Positions 62,824 through 64,000 of a DNA stretch of 64,000 bases are shown piece after piece. Both the position numbers and the translations under genes were made by a program. The number at the start of each line of letters is the position of its first letter. The stretch's first letter is position 1. The DNA is taken from the sequence record NC_014636.1; one strand, given 5' to 3'. The notes below the pieces were generated by a model that saw only the letters and a program-made list of their open reading frames with translations, searched no databases and was not told the DNA's origin.

Positions 62824-63066
62824 TTAGTTACCTATCGCAATAGAACAAACCGCACCGGTAACATAATGCTTTACACCGTTCAGGACAAAATACCAGCCAG
62901 TATTATACCGCTCAATATCTTGAACGCGAAGATTGTTTACAGTGACACCACTTGGTGTCTTGACGTAGTTAACACCGTTCTGATACCAGCATGTGATAAC
63001 ACCGTCTCTGGCAAACACGCTGCTATTAAACATCATCAGCGCAACAAATGCAAGAACTTTTTTCAT
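62824..63066 (-). CDS. Small exported protein
   Basis: Signal peptide; weakly similar to 62618-62821. Confidence 0.75.
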   Translation of the reverse strand: MKKVLAFVALMMFNSSVFARDGVITCWYQNGVNYVKTPSGVTVNNLRVQDIERYNTGWYFVLNGVKHYVTGAVCSIAIGN

Positions 63067-63287
63067 TTTTCACCACATTTTTGTTTAAGACGTTCGATTT
63101 CTTTTACCAGAGCTTCTACGATATCGTGAGTATGTCGATAACCCTCGCCGCCTTGTGACCAACATGTGGTACAGCAGTATTGATCATCAAAACCCATGCC
63201 ACGACAATCAGGACAAGCTACCGTACCGTCGAACTCATTTTCTTCCAGCATACGATTGATCATATGCAGCTCATTTCGGTCCATCAT
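63063..63287 (-). CDS. Small zinc-finger protein
   Basis: CPDC.G.G.....CCTTC. Confidence 0.75.
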   Translation of the reverse strand: MMDRNELHMINRMLEENEFDGTVACPDCRGMGFDDQYCCTTCWSQGGEGYRHTHDIVEALVKEIERLKQKCGEK

Positions 63288-63565
63288 TGACCTTGTACGT
63301 CCATGAAAATATTGTCGCCGCCGTTCATCTTGATCATTCGTGTACCAACGTATACCAGCATGGTACCATGCTCGGACACGATGTCGCCACAGTCATGATA
63401 CATGTTATTGGTAAACACAGCGGGACGAACACCAAACACGTTTTGGAACAATTGTTCAGCGTCGATATTGCGGTCATATCGAGTTTGACCAGCGACAATA
63501 GAAGTTACATTGTCCATCTTCTCGCCAATAGTTTTGTCCAGGTGATCTACTTGAATTGTATACAT
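63284..63565 (-). CDS. Hypothetical protein
   Basis: GAGG SD. Confidence 0.75.
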   Translation of the reverse strand: MYTIQVDHLDKTIGEKMDNVTSIVAGQTRYDRNIDAEQLFQNVFGVRPAVFTNNMYHDCGDIVSEHGTMLVYVGTRMIKMNGGDNIFMDVQGQ

Positions 63566-63566
63566 A

Positions 63567-63800
63567 TTAAACCTCTTTGATTAGTTTGTCGCCAACTCGG
63601 ACGACTGTTTCAAACTCAGAGCTAAAAGCAACAGAGTTGGAATACTTGGTGATTTTATAATGCAGCTCATAACCGCGGTCACGGATATAAACTGTGCTTT
63701 CTTCCCCGAAGCTAACAGTAACATACTCGAATTTTTTCAATTCGTCAATGCTAAAGTCCTCTAGTTCGTCGATAGAGTTCACAGCAAAATTAAGTCTCAT
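63567..63800 (-). CDS. Hypothetical early protein
   Basis: Start moved to MRLNFA. Confidence 0.7.
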   Translation of the reverse strand: MRLNFAVNSIDELEDFSIDELKKFEYVTVSFGEESTVYIRDRGYELHYKITKYSNSVAFSSEFETVVRVGDKLIKEV

Positions 63801-63827
63801 AATTAACCTCACTTGGTTGATGTAGCC

Positions 63828-63856
63828 ATCATAACAGGATCAAAATAAAGATCAAC
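63828..63856 (-). promoter_or_regulatory. Early promoter
   Basis: GTTGAT-N17-TATGAT. Confidence 0.7.
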
Positions 63857-63874
63857 CACTTTTGGAAATAAAAA

Positions 63875-63892
63875 ATCCCGCCGAAGCGGGAT
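63875..63892 (-). terminator. Terminator
   Basis: ATCCCGC-TTCG-GCGGGAT + T-run; identical to 14341. Confidence 0.9.
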
Positions 63893-63896
63893 CATT

Positions 63897-64000
63897 TTAC
63901 CACAATACGAACCATCGATATGCACACGTACGGTACTTTCTATCGCACATGATGTCAGCATCTTCCGCCGACTCAAGACATATCGCCTTTAGTTGATCGC
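63897..64000 (-). CDS. 3' end of a gene starting outside the window
   Basis: Open frame ...DQLKAICLESAED...WFVLW* ending just before terminator. Confidence 0.55.
   Translation of the reverse strand, partial: DQLKAICLESAEDADIMCDRKYRTCAYRWFVLW

Noticed and set aside
1-64000. CRISPR array, integrase, transposase, homing endonuclease or rRNA
   Set aside because: No regularly spaced repeats or recognisable motifs; dispersed repeats are promoters, terminators and the 119-bp element.

Overview
A 64-kb segment of a large lytic T4-type (Straboviridae-like) phage genome, most likely an Aeromonas Aeh1-like phage. The host assignment is an inference from CTAAATA late-promoter motifs, a PARP-type ADP-ribosyltransferase and a pilin mimic. 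Essentially all real genes are on the minus strand; the plus-strand ORFs in the track are antisense shadows. Recognisable core genes: nrdD (5' part, runs off the window), nrdB, nrdA (intact, no intron), endonuclease VII (gene 49) and tk. The rest is a long accessory region of about 120 small early genes, punctuated by about 30 sigma70-type early promoters with a shared A-rich leader and by UUCG/GNRA terminators. Accessory functions: SprT-like protease, SPFH protein, hexapeptide-repeat protein, HAD RNA-repair phosphatase, a circularly permuted N6-adenine MTase, a TAGT/GREB1-like glycosyltransferase, HD hydrolase, UvdE endonuclease, NAMPT, a porin-like beta-barrel, a pol-beta nucleotidyltransferase, a 1,180-aa PARP-like ART with an adjacent ADP-ribosylglycohydrolase, LPD11, DUF3307, a TROVE/vWA (DUF2828) protein and CreA. 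Most striking observations missed by the ORF track: (1) a 27-aa gene that is a bare type IV prepilin N-terminal helix (MKGFTLIELIVVIAVLGIVAAILPKIF); (2) three about 120-nt tRNA-like RNAs with abnormal anticodon regions, two sharing an inserted motif and one with two T-arms, close to a Ro/TROVE-like gene; (3) sequence-variable inverted repeats centred on the -10 box of many early promoters; (4) a 119-bp structured element present twice, 40 kb apart. Family calls come from motif recognition only; no database searches were run.
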